Virus record (IMG/VR): IMGVR_UViG_3300021371_000024
Location: 1-50,874 of that record
Direction: 5' to 3' (one strand)
Origin: a virus
Lineage: Duplodnaviria; Caudoviricetes
DNA: 50,874 nucleotides
Positions 25,410 through 35,710 of the stretch are shown here, piece by piece (position 1 is the first letter of the stretch; every line of letters begins with the position of its first letter). The notes beneath the pieces were generated by a model. The model did no database searches and was not told the origin of the DNA. It saw only the letters and a program-made list of their open reading frames with translations. The translations under genes and the position numbers were made by a program.

Positions 25410-27326
25410 TTAAAACCAACTACCAACAATAGAATTTGCATCTGCAGTTAGGATACTACCTACAAGACCACCAGCAGCTTCCCACCAACCCGCATTAGCT
25501 TCGTCATCAGCACGATCTTTATATCCTTTCTGACGCATTTCTTCCATAGTCATATTGGCTATTCTATCTTTTTCATTTTCAGAAGCATCGAATGCCCACT
25601 TCATCGTGTCACTATAGAAGCTAAACATATTATTATAGGCAGTGTTAGATATGTCTAAAGCATTCTTTGCGTTTAATTCGTTGACTCTATTTACAGTAGC
25701 GTTGTCTACAGTAGCAATTTGTCTACGCCAGTTAGCATTAAACTGATCTACTACTAATCTGTTGTTAGCATTAAATTGCTCACGTTGATTTTGTACGTTA
25801 GCATTAAACTGAGACATAGCATTCTTCTGGCCTGAATTATACTGTGCTATAGCGTTAGCTTGGGTTGAATTGAACTGATTAACTTGTGTACTTAAATTAT
25901 CATAGAACTGATTAGTTTGATTTTCTGATGTAGCGTTAAATGCATTAGCAGCATTTTCAGCGGCAGCATCAGTAAACATACTCTGTACCCTAGACTGAGC
26001 TTGGAACATATTAGCAGCCTGTTGATTAGACAAGTTAGCCATATCCATTGTCATAAAGTTCTGTGCATTTTGCACAGCAGCCTGTTGACGGTTACTAAGG
26101 TTAGCCATATCTAAGTTAGATAGCGCAGCAGCTTCAGCCATAACCATAGCTTGTTTATTATTTAAGTTAGCTAAGTTCATTGTGTTAGCAATGCGACTAT
26201 TCTCTAATGCAATAGTCTGCTCTGCAGTAAAGTTCATGTTAGCTACGTCAGATATTTTACTTGCATTCATAACACGAGCTTGGAATGCCTGATCAAACTC
26301 TTGTCCAATAAACTGTGCACGTTGCTGTGCTGCTAACATAGCACGTTGCTGGCGGTTAGATAAGTTCTGAGCTTCAAACTGTGCGAAGGTAGATGCATCA
26401 GCTTGTGCAATAGGCAGTGCGCTTTCCATTGCAGCTTGAACCATAGCCTGACCTGCCATGCTGGATGCAGATATACCACGAGAAGCCATCTTAGACATAA
26501 CACCTCGCAGCGCACCCGCCGCCCATGCAGGAGGATTGTTAGCATCAAAGTCTTTTGTTAGCTCTCCTAGCTGTCCTTGTACAGTAGCTTTCTCAGAAGG
26601 TGTAGCTGTTGCAGCCTGTATTTCTTCTGTAAACTTAGCAGCCTTTTGTGCATTAGCTGCGCCTGATATAAGTTCACCGTCCTGTATCTCACGCTGTACA
26701 GGATTTTCCATTAGAATAGCTTCACCTTGTTCCGCTTCTAAATCAGATACAGCACTTTCTGTTTCTTGAGCAGCTTCTACTTGTGCTTTATCTGAGACTT
26801 CACCCTTAGCTACATCAACTTTTGCAGCCTCATCAACTTTGTCTTCAGTAGTAACTGCGTCTACTTTAGCAGCATCTCTAGGATCTACAGCGTCAACCTT
26901 AGATACGGTGTCTACGGTAGAGACTGTTCCAGTTGTAGCTTCACCAACCTGCCCTGCATCTTCACCTACATCTTGATCTGTTGATGTTTCTACTTTTACA
27001 GCATCTACTGTAGTACCTTCTGGCATTGATCCCGTAGGATCTAAAGCTTTTTCAGTAGTAAGTTCTGCAACAGTTTTACCCTTGTCTTCTGCTGGTGGAT
27101 TTGTACCCACTTCATCATCATCAGTAGCAGTACCGCCTTCGTTATACTTTTTAACCATACCACCTTTAGCCATAGCCATAGCTGCTTGTCTGTATGAGTC
27201 CATCTTTTGCAAGGCACTAGGATTACTCTGTAAGTATTGATCAAAGTTATTCATGTCTCCTGTATACCCAAGAGAACCCGCAATACGATTCATTGCCTCT
27301 GGCTTAAATCCTTTAAACTGCATCAT
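25410..27326 (-). CDS. putative internal virion/DNA ejection protein
   Basis: A/Q/N-rich repeats (ANLSNxQQ, NQFN); C-terminal hydrophobic Gly-rich segment. Confidence 0.65.
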   Translation of the reverse strand: MMQFKGFKPEAMNRIAGSLGYTGDMNNFDQYLQSNPSALQKMDSYRQAAMAMAKGGMVKKYNEGGTATDDDEVGTNPPAEDKGKTVAELTTEKALDPTGSMPEGTTVDAVKVETSTDQDVGEDAGQVGEATTGTVSTVDTVSKVDAVDPRDAAKVDAVTTEDKVDEAAKVDVAKGEVSDKAQVEAAQETESAVSDLEAEQGEAILMENPVQREIQDGELISGAANAQKAAKFTEEIQAATATPSEKATVQGQLGELTKDFDANNPPAWAAGALRGVMSKMASRGISASSMAGQAMVQAAMESALPIAQADASTFAQFEAQNLSNRQQRAMLAAQQRAQFIGQEFDQAFQARVMNASKISDVANMNFTAEQTIALENSRIANTMNLANLNNKQAMVMAEAAALSNLDMANLSNRQQAAVQNAQNFMTMDMANLSNQQAANMFQAQSRVQSMFTDAAAENAANAFNATSENQTNQFYDNLSTQVNQFNSTQANAIAQYNSGQKNAMSQFNANVQNQREQFNANNRLVVDQFNANWRRQIATVDNATVNRVNELNAKNALDISNTAYNNMFSFYSDTMKWAFDASENEKDRIANMTMEEMRQKGYKDRADDEANAGWWEAAGGLVGSILTADANSIVGSWF

Positions 27327-27341
27327 TGTGTTACTTCCTTA

Positions 27342-27809
27342 TTATCCATTTACTACTTCGTTTAATCCCCAAGTCATAGCGCCTAAGCCTATTATAAATA
27401 TTAGTACACCTGCTGTCAAGGATAAACCCCAAAATAATTTATCTCTAGCAGCAGCCTGTTTCTCTAAAGCCTCTTTGTGACGTTGCCTAGCAGCAGCTTG
27501 TTCCTTGACTACTAGATCCCACATTCCTGGTGGTCCATACAACTGACATGCTGAACGCAATTCATCCATTGCTTCTTTGTGTTTCATCTTAGCTTGGGCT
27601 ATTGCAAACCCTTCTTCTTCAGATGAAGACAACCTACCTAGTGGGCCTTTGTGTTTACCTTTTTCAGCAAGTTGTATTTCAGAGTCAAGCTTTGCTAGTC
27701 TACCAAAGTGGGGTAGTAGATCAGCTACATCACCACCAGCTTTGACTGCAGAACTAACCGCACCTGCTATCTTAGTGACTGCGCCAGCAAGTGCTAGTAC
27801 TTCAATCAT
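27342..27809 (-). CDS. hypothetical membrane-anchored protein
   Basis: C-terminal transmembrane segment. Confidence 0.65.
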   Translation of the reverse strand: MIEVLALAGAVTKIAGAVSSAVKAGGDVADLLPHFGRLAKLDSEIQLAEKGKHKGPLGRLSSSEEEGFAIAQAKMKHKEAMDELRSACQLYGPPGMWDLVVKEQAAARQRHKEALEKQAAARDKLFWGLSLTAGVLIFIIGLGAMTWGLNEVVNG

Positions 27810-28058
27810 TTATTTTCCTACTTGCATCCACACAGCAGTAGCTATAAAGGTTAGTACTGCAACTGTTCCTAATTGTACGAGTGTCTTCCATATACTTTTC
27901 TTTGTATCACGCCACGAGTCTAACAGACCACGTAACTCTTTAATATCATTAGCTGCATCCATATCAGCTAACCCTAAGTCACACAAAGCTTGCCTAGCAC
28001 CCTTCTTAGCGGCTCTATCTAGCATAGCTTCTAGTTGCTCTGGCGTTAAAGTATTCAT
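27810..28058 (-). CDS. small membrane protein (possible holin)
   Basis: 82 aa with C-terminal TM helix; ELRGLLDSWRDTK motif. Confidence 0.55.
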   Translation of the reverse strand: MNTLTPEQLEAMLDRAAKKGARQALCDLGLADMDAANDIKELRGLLDSWRDTKKSIWKTLVQLGTVAVLTFIATAVWMQVGK

Positions 28059-29846
28059 TTACAGATTACCATATGCGGTTACATTATCATCTACAGTAAG
28101 CGCACCTGCAGTAGTAAGTTTAAACAGAATATTAGTACCATACTTAATTATAAGGTTGTTACTTCCATCTACCTCAAATGACCAGTCTGAAGCACCCGCT
28201 GTGAGTTTAACAGTTCCACCTGCTTTAACATCAGTACCTGCTTCAATATCCGCAACAGCGTAGATGTCATTATCAGTAGGGGCTGTAGTATCACCAACAC
28301 GTAACCCTTGTACTACATTGACGCCAGATGTTGTTATTTTTAAAGTTTCTGTAACGGAAGAACCTGCATGAAAATCTAAAGTATCTGCAGTTTGAACATC
28401 TAAAAAACCTCTTGTAACATTACCAGATTGAAAATAAATTTGACCGCCATTAGCATCTAAAGTTAAATCTTGACCAGTTGAAATACGAAAACCTTGTGTA
28501 CCTGAAAATACCATGTTTTCACTGTTGTCAAACGCCATATTAAAAGTGCCGCCGCCTGTACCATTTTTAAATTTAAAGTTAGAAATACCACCATTATTGT
28601 CAGCATCTAACACGATGTTACCAGAAGCATCTACAGTAAAATCACCAGATCTTGTAACGTCACCCGTTAAAGCTGCAGCAGTAGATGCTGATGATGCGTT
28701 ACCTGTTAGATCTGCTGTTACTGTATTAAACGTAACATTAGATGTAGTACCAACAGCTTGACCAATAGAAATAGTAGGCGACCAACCTTCACCAGCAGTA
28801 CCTGATATAGAAACACCTGTACCCGCCGTAACACCTGCTACATAATTACCTGTAGTATCTGTACCCAAAGCAACTTTGTTTGCAGCTACAGTAGTATCAA
28901 TACTAACATTTCCTAAATTTGTCATAGTACCAGTACCAGTGACATCTCCTGTTAAAGTAATTACAGGGTCTTTAGTTAATGCAAAATCTAATTTGCCGTT
29001 GGTATCATCATATGTAACAGAAAGTCCAGTTTCAGTATTACCTGCTACCATACCACCTACAGTATCCTGAACATACTCTTCAATGGTATCTGAACCTACA
29101 TTTACATCGCCAGAAAAAGTAGTAGCACCAGTAATACCTAAAGTACCTCCTAGTGTAGTGTTACCCGTAACGTCTAGATCACCACCTACTGTAGTGTTAC
29201 TTGTAATACCAAGAGTACCACTAAAAGTACTATTACCTGTGACCCCTAATGTACCTCCTACTGTAGCGTTGTTTGTAACTGCAGCACTATCTAATGTTGA
29301 TGCGCCAGTAACACCTAAAGTACCACCTACAGTAGTATTTCCAGTAACACCTAAAGTACCACCTACAGTAGCATTATTGGTAACTGCAGCGCTATCTAAT
29401 GTAGACGCACCTGTTACACCTAGTGTACCACCTACTGTAGTGTTACCTGTAATAGCTGCAGTACTAGAGAGTGTGGTTGCACCTGTAACCCCTAATGTTC
29501 CACCGACAGTAACGTTGCCTGATAGAGTAGAACCTGCTGTCACAGTAAGATCATCTGTTACTACAGTACCATCAAAGTAACCATCTTTAAACTTTGCAGC
29601 ATTAGAACCTAAGTCTAATGTGTTTGGCGTCTTAGGTAAAACAGTACTGGGTGATACAATAAGATCTTGGCTTGGCCCTACCTTTGTGATAGGGGCACCT
29701 TCACCTGCACTCCCATCATGTTTATGCCCTGTAGAAGCATTAAACACAGATTCAATAGCGTTGTATTCTGCGTCAAAATCATCAGCATCAATAACATTAC
29801 CATTAGCAATATTGTTTGCGGTGTCTTGTCTTGTATAACCTGCCAT
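28059..29846 (-). CDS. tail fibre protein
   Basis: N-terminal anchor (GHKHDG); tandem GGTLGVTG repeats; follows nozzle gene. Confidence 0.75.
   Translation of the reverse strand: MAGYTRQDTANNIANGNVIDADDFDAEYNAIESVFNASTGHKHDGSAGEGAPITKVGPSQDLIVSPSTVLPKTPNTLDLGSNAAKFKDGYFDGTVVTDDLTVTAGSTLSGNVTVGGTLGVTGATTLSSTAAITGNTTVGGTLGVTGASTLDSAAVTNNATVGGTLGVTGNTTVGGTLGVTGASTLDSAAVTNNATVGGTLGVTGNSTFSGTLGITSNTTVGGDLDVTGNTTLGGTLGITGATTFSGDVNVGSDTIEEYVQDTVGGMVAGNTETGLSVTYDDTNGKLDFALTKDPVITLTGDVTGTGTMTNLGNVSIDTTVAANKVALGTDTTGNYVAGVTAGTGVSISGTAGEGWSPTISIGQAVGTTSNVTFNTVTADLTGNASSASTAAALTGDVTRSGDFTVDASGNIVLDADNNGGISNFKFKNGTGGGTFNMAFDNSENMVFSGTQGFRISTGQDLTLDANGGQIYFQSGNVTRGFLDVQTADTLDFHAGSSVTETLKITTSGVNVVQGLRVGDTTAPTDNDIYAVADIEAGTDVKAGGTVKLTAGASDWSFEVDGSNNLIIKYGTNILFKLTTAGALTVDDNVTAYGNL
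29120..29520 (-). repeat. intragenic tandem repeats (VGGTLGVTG units)
   Basis: About seven GG(T/D)L(G/D)(V/I)TG-type units; TTVGGTLGVTGASTLDSAAVTNNATVGGTLGVTGN occurs twice. Confidence 0.8.
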
Positions 29847-29855
29847 GTTTTTTCC

Positions 29856-31766
29856 TTATTGTCTATCTTCTTGGCTGTATTCTAATAGGGCAGTGTCTAA
29901 TGTAAAGGTAGGGTTAGTAGAAAAATCTTCTAGCCTTATTGCCACAGTCTTACCAGAACCAATAATATTGGTATTATAAACTTTATCTAATTCCCCACCA
30001 AATTTACTAGCATTAGAAACATCACCACCAACTGGTAGTACGTAAATTTCTATAGTGTCTGTTGTTAAAACACCACTAGATAAAACAACTGTAGTATCAT
30101 ATGCTGTAGCTGTAACAGCGGGGGATACGGTCACAACAGTATTATTAAAATTAGATACAACTGCTGCTTTAATAGTTTCAGTAGTTGATACAGTAGAGAC
30201 ACTATATCCAGATTGAATTGCGCCATTTTTATATACTACAATTCTTGATGCATCTGTTCCTACATCATACTTTACTTTTTGTATTAAAAAATTTGTTTGT
30301 CCATTTGTGGGGGGCGTATATCCTGTTGCAGTTTTCCATACAGCCAGTTTGTAAAATACTGAAGATGATGCGCCCAAAAAAAACACCTCACTACCAGTAC
30401 TAGCTATTTGTTGCGTAGAGGGCTGAACTACTTTTGTGTCTGTAGCTGATGCAAAATCATATTTAATATTTAAATCTAACGACATATTTGCAGTAGGCTC
30501 TGCATACAAAGTCATCTTGTAAAATGTCTTACGTACTTGTGGATCTGATATAGGCATAAAAGGCGACTCGTAAATAGCTTCTATAGAGGCACCATCAAAG
30601 TTAGAACCTGTTTCCATAACATAAATATAACCATCATTATTAGCAAAAGCTAAAGTCTCTAATGTAGATGTGTATCTGCTATCTGCAATAAAAGCTTTTA
30701 TACCCTTAACAGTAGACCACGCTAATCCACCCGCACCCTGAGATATAAATTTAGTTGCTATTAAACCTTTAGCAGCTTCTGGCTGTTCAGATTCAATATA
30801 TGAAAATATTCTATACTGAGCTTTTTCTTTTAATACAACAGAACAGTAGTTAGGAGACTGCGCTAAAAATTTAGTTGCATCTTTTACTATGGAATCAGAT
30901 GCAATATCCAAACCAAAGTCACCAATACGATCTGTTGCACTTAATAGTCTTATACCATCAGGGGCGAGATACATAATATCACCGCCAACTTCCTGAATAG
31001 TATCACCGTTGATACAACCAATACGGTCTGTAATAGGCGATACTTGAAAGTCTGCGGAACTACTTCCAGTAAGTCTTTTAATTGTATCAGTAGTAAATAT
31101 AATAAGTTGTTCACGAAAAACTGCTAACCCTGTAATATCGTTTGCTACGTTTATACTTCCTGCACCATTAGCTACATTAAAATCATGTGTACTAAAAGGA
31201 GCAGTAAAGTATAGATTATTTCCTTTAGCGTAAAAGGCAGTGTTTTTAAAAATAGCTACGTCTGAAGCGCCTTGTGGATCATTTGTTCCAATGTCATACG
31301 TATCCCCACTACTATCATTTTTAAAAAAGTCAAAAGTATTGCCTGATGTATTGTATATAGCAGGAAAGTTTTTACTATCTACAAATATAACTTTATCATC
31401 ACCATCTAAATTATACAAAATACTTTTGGCTTTACTACCATTAGTAAGTGCACTTTCACCTAGACTAGCCCATGTAGTACCAGTACCATAATAGTATTCA
31501 GTTTTATTGTTACTATTTTTACGTGCAGTTACGATACGACCTGAACTAATAACTTTAAGTGCTAGTATAGTACCGCTACCTGCAACTTGTGTTGTACTAT
31601 ACTTTGAGTATCCTTTTAACTTAGAGTAACCACCCTCTTTATTTACCTCAAAGTTTTGTAGTAACGTAGCAGAACCTACAGCATTAGTACCCTGCTGTAG
31701 TGCAGTAAGATTAGAGATAAGACCACCTCTAAACTCAATAGGAAATGTCTGCCATTGTGTTGCCAT
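29856..31766 (-). CDS. tail nozzle / tubular protein B-like
   Basis: 636 aa beta-rich protein following the adaptor; typical podovirus gene order. Confidence 0.7.
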   Translation of the reverse strand: MATQWQTFPIEFRGGLISNLTALQQGTNAVGSATLLQNFEVNKEGGYSKLKGYSKYSTTQVAGSGTILALKVISSGRIVTARKNSNNKTEYYYGTGTTWASLGESALTNGSKAKSILYNLDGDDKVIFVDSKNFPAIYNTSGNTFDFFKNDSSGDTYDIGTNDPQGASDVAIFKNTAFYAKGNNLYFTAPFSTHDFNVANGAGSINVANDITGLAVFREQLIIFTTDTIKRLTGSSSADFQVSPITDRIGCINGDTIQEVGGDIMYLAPDGIRLLSATDRIGDFGLDIASDSIVKDATKFLAQSPNYCSVVLKEKAQYRIFSYIESEQPEAAKGLIATKFISQGAGGLAWSTVKGIKAFIADSRYTSTLETLAFANNDGYIYVMETGSNFDGASIEAIYESPFMPISDPQVRKTFYKMTLYAEPTANMSLDLNIKYDFASATDTKVVQPSTQQIASTGSEVFFLGASSSVFYKLAVWKTATGYTPPTNGQTNFLIQKVKYDVGTDASRIVVYKNGAIQSGYSVSTVSTTETIKAAVVSNFNNTVVTVSPAVTATAYDTTVVLSSGVLTTDTIEIYVLPVGGDVSNASKFGGELDKVYNTNIIGSGKTVAIRLEDFSTNPTFTLDTALLEYSQEDRQ

Positions 31767-32449
31767 TAAAAGTGTACTCGCAAGTCACGTACATACTCTG
31801 TACGATTTATATTTATACTACGTAAATGCTTAATGCCCTGTGTAAATTTTTGCATAGCTAATTGCGATGCTTGCATATCACCTCTAAATTGATATACATA
31901 GTACATTGCACCATCTACTATAACATAGCGATACTGTTCAGGAAGATTAGGTACATCAGAATGTAACTCAAGATCAAATCCCATTGTATAATACTCGTAA
32001 ATTAACTCATAGTCTTTATCAGGAGTAGGTACTACTAACAACTCTCGACTAGGGGCACGTACTATATAACGTGGAGTTCCTGTACTACTAGAGTTATACT
32101 CAGTATCTACATGTTTGTCAAGGTATTCTTCATAGCTAAGTACTTTAAGTTTAATAGTATTTGTTGCTAGGGTATCATCACGTTTAATTCTAAAACTATT
32201 CATGTTAATTGTTTTTGCATCATAAGGATAGCTATAGCGAGTTTCACCTGCAAGCAATACTTCTGTTTCTTCTACGTGATTCCAAGGCCATTCATACTCT
32301 TCTTGTTGTATGTGACGAATAGCAGAGTTTACTGCATCTTTAGCGAAACTATAAAAACCTGTAGTAACAGTAAAGTTAGAAGAAGTTAATTCGACTTCAT
32401 TAAGCCTACGATTTATATCATTAACTAATCCTAGATAATCGTATGCCAT
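31766..32449 (-). CDS. tail adaptor / tubular protein A-like
   Basis: YLGLVNDINRRLNE, WPWN, PTPDKDY motifs; position. Confidence 0.7.
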   Translation of the reverse strand: MAYDYLGLVNDINRRLNEVELTSSNFTVTTGFYSFAKDAVNSAIRHIQQEEYEWPWNHVEETEVLLAGETRYSYPYDAKTINMNSFRIKRDDTLATNTIKLKVLSYEEYLDKHVDTEYNSSSTGTPRYIVRAPSRELLVVPTPDKDYELIYEYYTMGFDLELHSDVPNLPEQYRYVIVDGAMYYVYQFRGDMQASQLAMQKFTQGIKHLRSININRTEYVRDLRVHF

Positions 32450-32450
32450 A

Positions 32451-32768
32451 TTACTTCTCCTTTACACGTAAAAATACAGAACGTTCATACTGCAATGCAC
32501 CTACTGTAGTTATTTTACAAGTAATCTTATATCGCTTATTGTTAGTTCCTAAACTTAATCTAATAGTAGCTACGGTTAATGTGTTTGTAGCTTGTACAAA
32601 CTGTAGTCCATTTACAACTTGTGCAGGGCTTACTTCTGTTTTAACATTGTTTGCATCATCTATAAACCAATCGACACCAGAAATAGTGTCTGTACCTAAG
32701 AAACGTGACCAATCAATATTATAGTCAAGTAATTCATCTTTATCTTTATCAGGCCATTTGTATGACAT
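32451..32768 (-). CDS. putative fibre/tail adaptor protein
   Basis: KDKDELLDYNIDW motif; Ig-like beta pattern. Confidence 0.55.
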   Translation of the reverse strand: MSYKWPDKDKDELLDYNIDWSRFLGTDTISGVDWFIDDANNVKTEVSPAQVVNGLQFVQATNTLTVATIRLSLGTNNKRYKITCKITTVGALQYERSVFLRVKEK

Positions 32769-32778
32769 TGTTCATCCT

Positions 32779-33711
32779 TTAAGCTGCTATGTAAACAGTA
32801 TTGTTAGTTAGGCTACGTTCTATGTAAACAGAACGATCTTCTACTTGTATATGCACTACATTGCTTGTAGTTAAACTAGGAGAATTAGTTGTACGTAATT
32901 CTGTACCATGCGATTTTTGTCTAAGTATATACAGCACACGAGATTTGGAATATTGTTCTGCGTATGGACCATAATCAAATATTACTCCCGTAGGTGTACC
33001 TATATTAGCAGAAGAAGACAGTAAGGTTGTATCTAATGTTGTATTAGCTTTACCTGTTACATCTGCAAAAGAAGTGACTGAACCAGTAAATGTTGCAGAC
33101 GGTATTGTTATATTTGCCTTAGCATCTACTTTTTCAAAATCATTTGCAGTAATATCGCTGAGTATTGAAGCTATAGTTAAATTAGCTTTTGCATCAAAGC
33201 TAAGTGTATCCACAACTGTTGTAGCGCTTACACTATTTGAAATTATATTTGCAGCACCAATACCTATAACATCTTCAGCAGATATAGTAGAAACAATACT
33301 ATTTAAACTAGTATTAGCTTTAGCCTCTACACTTGCAAAATCATTTACGCTAAATACAGATGCAGTACTGGGTATTGTAAAGTTAGCTAGGCCAGTACCT
33401 AACAGTTGACCTGTAGTAAAAGAGGCAGTAGTTGGACTTAATGTAAAGTTAGCCTTACCAGATACAGAAATAAAATCATTTACTGTTGTAGTAGCTTCAG
33501 TACCTGTTACATTAGAAGTAGCTTTTGCATCAAAGTCAATATTTAAAGAAAATGTAGCTACAGTAGAGTCTGCTGTTACATTAGCAGTACCTTCAAATAA
33601 AAGACTACTAGCAGTTAATGTAACTAAACTGGTAGGTAAAAATCCTAATGCAGCAGCACTGGTAGTAGCCTGAGATATAGGTGTCTCTGATATGGCAGAA
33701 AAGCCTAGCAT
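32779..33711 (-). CDS. putative virion structural protein
   Basis: MLGFSAISETP N-terminus; S/T/A-rich beta repeats (AKAN). Confidence 0.6.
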   Translation of the reverse strand: MLGFSAISETPISQATTSAAALGFLPTSLVTLTASSLLFEGTANVTADSTVATFSLNIDFDAKATSNVTGTEATTTVNDFISVSGKANFTLSPTTASFTTGQLLGTGLANFTIPSTASVFSVNDFASVEAKANTSLNSIVSTISAEDVIGIGAANIISNSVSATTVVDTLSFDAKANLTIASILSDITANDFEKVDAKANITIPSATFTGSVTSFADVTGKANTTLDTTLLSSSANIGTPTGVIFDYGPYAEQYSKSRVLYILRQKSHGTELRTTNSPSLTTSNVVHIQVEDRSVYIERSLTNNTVYIAA

Positions 33712-33726
33712 ATGTTTAAAAGCCTA

Positions 33727-34284
33727 TTATCTATAGTTAGCAGCAAAAGTTATTCGTTCTTTCATATTCAATCCCCTGCCAACTGCGTGAGGTATGTACG
33801 ATCTAAAAAGAACCAGCCTTCTTTCCAAAGGTTCAATATGTACAAAGTTTGGTTCTTCTGGAAACGGCATCATATTTTTATAGGGAGAAATAAAGGTTGT
33901 AGGCGCTGAACCTTCTGGTGAAGTACAGTAGTATATAGCACTTACTCTTGAGTTAGTATGTATGTGTTCTTCTACATAATCGTCAGCTTTATTAAAATTT
34001 ACCCAACTTCCTACATCTTCTAAACTTTCTTTACATCCATGCCTTTCAGCAAAATAGTTTACTGCTTTTTCAATTTTATTAAAAAGTAATCTAAACTTTT
34101 TATGTTTACTAGGTGAGTAATTACTAAATGTTGAAAAGTTTTGAGTGCCCCAATTTTCTGGCGTTCCATTTTCTAAAGTTTTTCTTAGCTCTTTGCACAT
34201 ATTATAAATGATTTTATTTTCTTCAAAAGAAACAATATCATCTTGTATTGCAAAGCTATGTCCTAAAAGACTTAATTCGTTCAA
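33727..34284 (-). CDS. putative 2OG-Fe(II) oxygenase (TIGR02466-like)
   Basis: WVN...HIH...SAIYY...FRSYIPHAV...RITFAAN. Confidence 0.75.
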   Translation of the reverse strand: MNELSLLGHSFAIQDDIVSFEENKIIYNMCKELRKTLENGTPENWGTQNFSTFSNYSPSKHKKFRLLFNKIEKAVNYFAERHGCKESLEDVGSWVNFNKADDYVEEHIHTNSRVSAIYYCTSPEGSAPTTFISPYKNMMPFPEEPNFVHIEPLERRLVLFRSYIPHAVGRGLNMKERITFAANYR

Positions 34285-34763
34285 GGTAAAGCCTCAAATA
34301 TTGTAGTGGGAGTAATTTTTGTTATAATGACTTTATCAGAAGATAAGTCAGGTTTATTACCCGCCCAATCCCCATCTAAAGGATGTGAAAATTTAGTTAT
34401 TTCCCTTAAGTTATAATGTCTAATTTTGTTTTCGTAACAAGTAACATAGTGCTCACGTAACTCTGTTATATTTACACCAAGAGCATTAAACTCTGTAGTA
34501 TTACAATTAATTGAAAACATTCTTTCGTCATTAACATCTATATCTTTTACTAATTCAGATATAGTTTCTACGGGAATTAACCAAGAACCATCAGGATTTT
34601 GTGTAACTACTTGAATTTCACAGCACCAATTATGGGTAGCTGTAGTTTCTAATAAAACCTGATTAGCTGCGTCTTGAGCTTCTGCCTCAGTTACGTAGAT
34701 ACTTTGATTATAGTGATATTCATCCCATGTTTGCATTTTATGTAGACCCGTAAATTGTGCCAT
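34281..34763 (-). CDS. hypothetical protein
   Basis: About 150-160 aa, AT-rich, between adhesin and oxygenase. Confidence 0.6.
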   Translation of the reverse strand: MAQFTGLHKMQTWDEYHYNQSIYVTEAEAQDAANQVLLETTATHNWCCEIQVVTQNPDGSWLIPVETISELVKDIDVNDERMFSINCNTTEFNALGVNITELREHYVTCYENKIRHYNLREITKFSHPLDGDWAGNKPDLSSDKVIITKITPTTIFEALP

Positions 34764-35706
34764 TATTAGTTAAACTATAACTAGTTGTTTTAGCAATACC
34801 TGCTCCACCCGCAGCACCAGTACCACCATTCTGACTACTTCCAGGGCCGCCACCTGAAGATCCCCAGCCACCGCCGCCACCTCCATCATAGTAGCCACCG
34901 CCCCAAGCGCCTGCTTCTCCACCTGCGCCACCATAACTATTTGATCTAGTGTCTCTAACCCCTGGAAGTAAACGACCTCCTCCGTTGCCACCTACTGTCG
35001 AATAGTACGCAGACCCTCCTGCTTCCGCACCTGTGTAAGTGCCAGTAGAATGTAGGCTTGACCCTTTTTCATTTGGATAACGTCCACCTCTACCATAGTT
35101 ACTACCGCTAGTAGAACCTCGACCAGCGTCACCTCCTCCAGCACCGCCGCCGCCGCCAGCTTGCCTGTCTCTGCTAGTATCCCATCTGGACGCGCCCCCG
35201 CCACCGCCACCGCCAGCAATGTAAGCACCAGAATAGTTAATAATAGTAACACCAGAAGATGTTACGTTTACAGCAGGTCCACCTGTAAATCCATTTCTTT
35301 CAGGTGTACCAGAATAAGCATTATAACGACCTGCAGTACCACCCCTTCCAATAATTTTTCCATAATTTTTAATAGTACATGGAATATCTACAGTTAATGC
35401 AGCTACTGTTCTATCATCTGACCAAACCCAAATACTACTTGGAATAACAAGTGTTCCACCACTTGAGATGAAACTAGATACGCTAATTTCTTGCCTTTGT
35501 GCAACGCCATTCACGGTGCCACCACTTGTTAGTGTAGTTTCCGCAGAGGCACCATACCATTCGTTAAATGACATTGTAGCGCCAGAGCTTTTACCAATAA
35601 GTCCTCGAATATCACTGTCGTTTATAGATGCGGATGTACCTGATGACCCCCCTACTTCTACATGAATATCGTTAAGAGATATTTGACCACTAGTTTGTAA
35701 TGCCAT
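34738..35706 (-). CDS. glycine-rich tail-fibre tip adhesin (T-even gp38-like)
   Basis: NYGKIIGRGG, GGPAV, IAGGGGGGG, GGGGGWG, C-terminal NNGTIYG; follows the long fibre. Confidence 0.7.
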   Translation of the reverse strand: MALQTSGQISLNDIHVEVGGSSGTSASINDSDIRGLIGKSSGATMSFNEWYGASAETTLTSGGTVNGVAQRQEISVSSFISSGGTLVIPSSIWVWSDDRTVAALTVDIPCTIKNYGKIIGRGGTAGRYNAYSGTPERNGFTGGPAVNVTSSGVTIINYSGAYIAGGGGGGGASRWDTSRDRQAGGGGGAGGGDAGRGSTSGSNYGRGGRYPNEKGSSLHSTGTYTGAEAGGSAYYSTVGGNGGGRLLPGVRDTRSNSYGGAGGEAGAWGGGYYDGGGGGGWGSSGGGPGSSQNGGTGAAGGAGIAKTTSYSLTNNGTIYGST

Positions 35707-35710
35707 ATTC

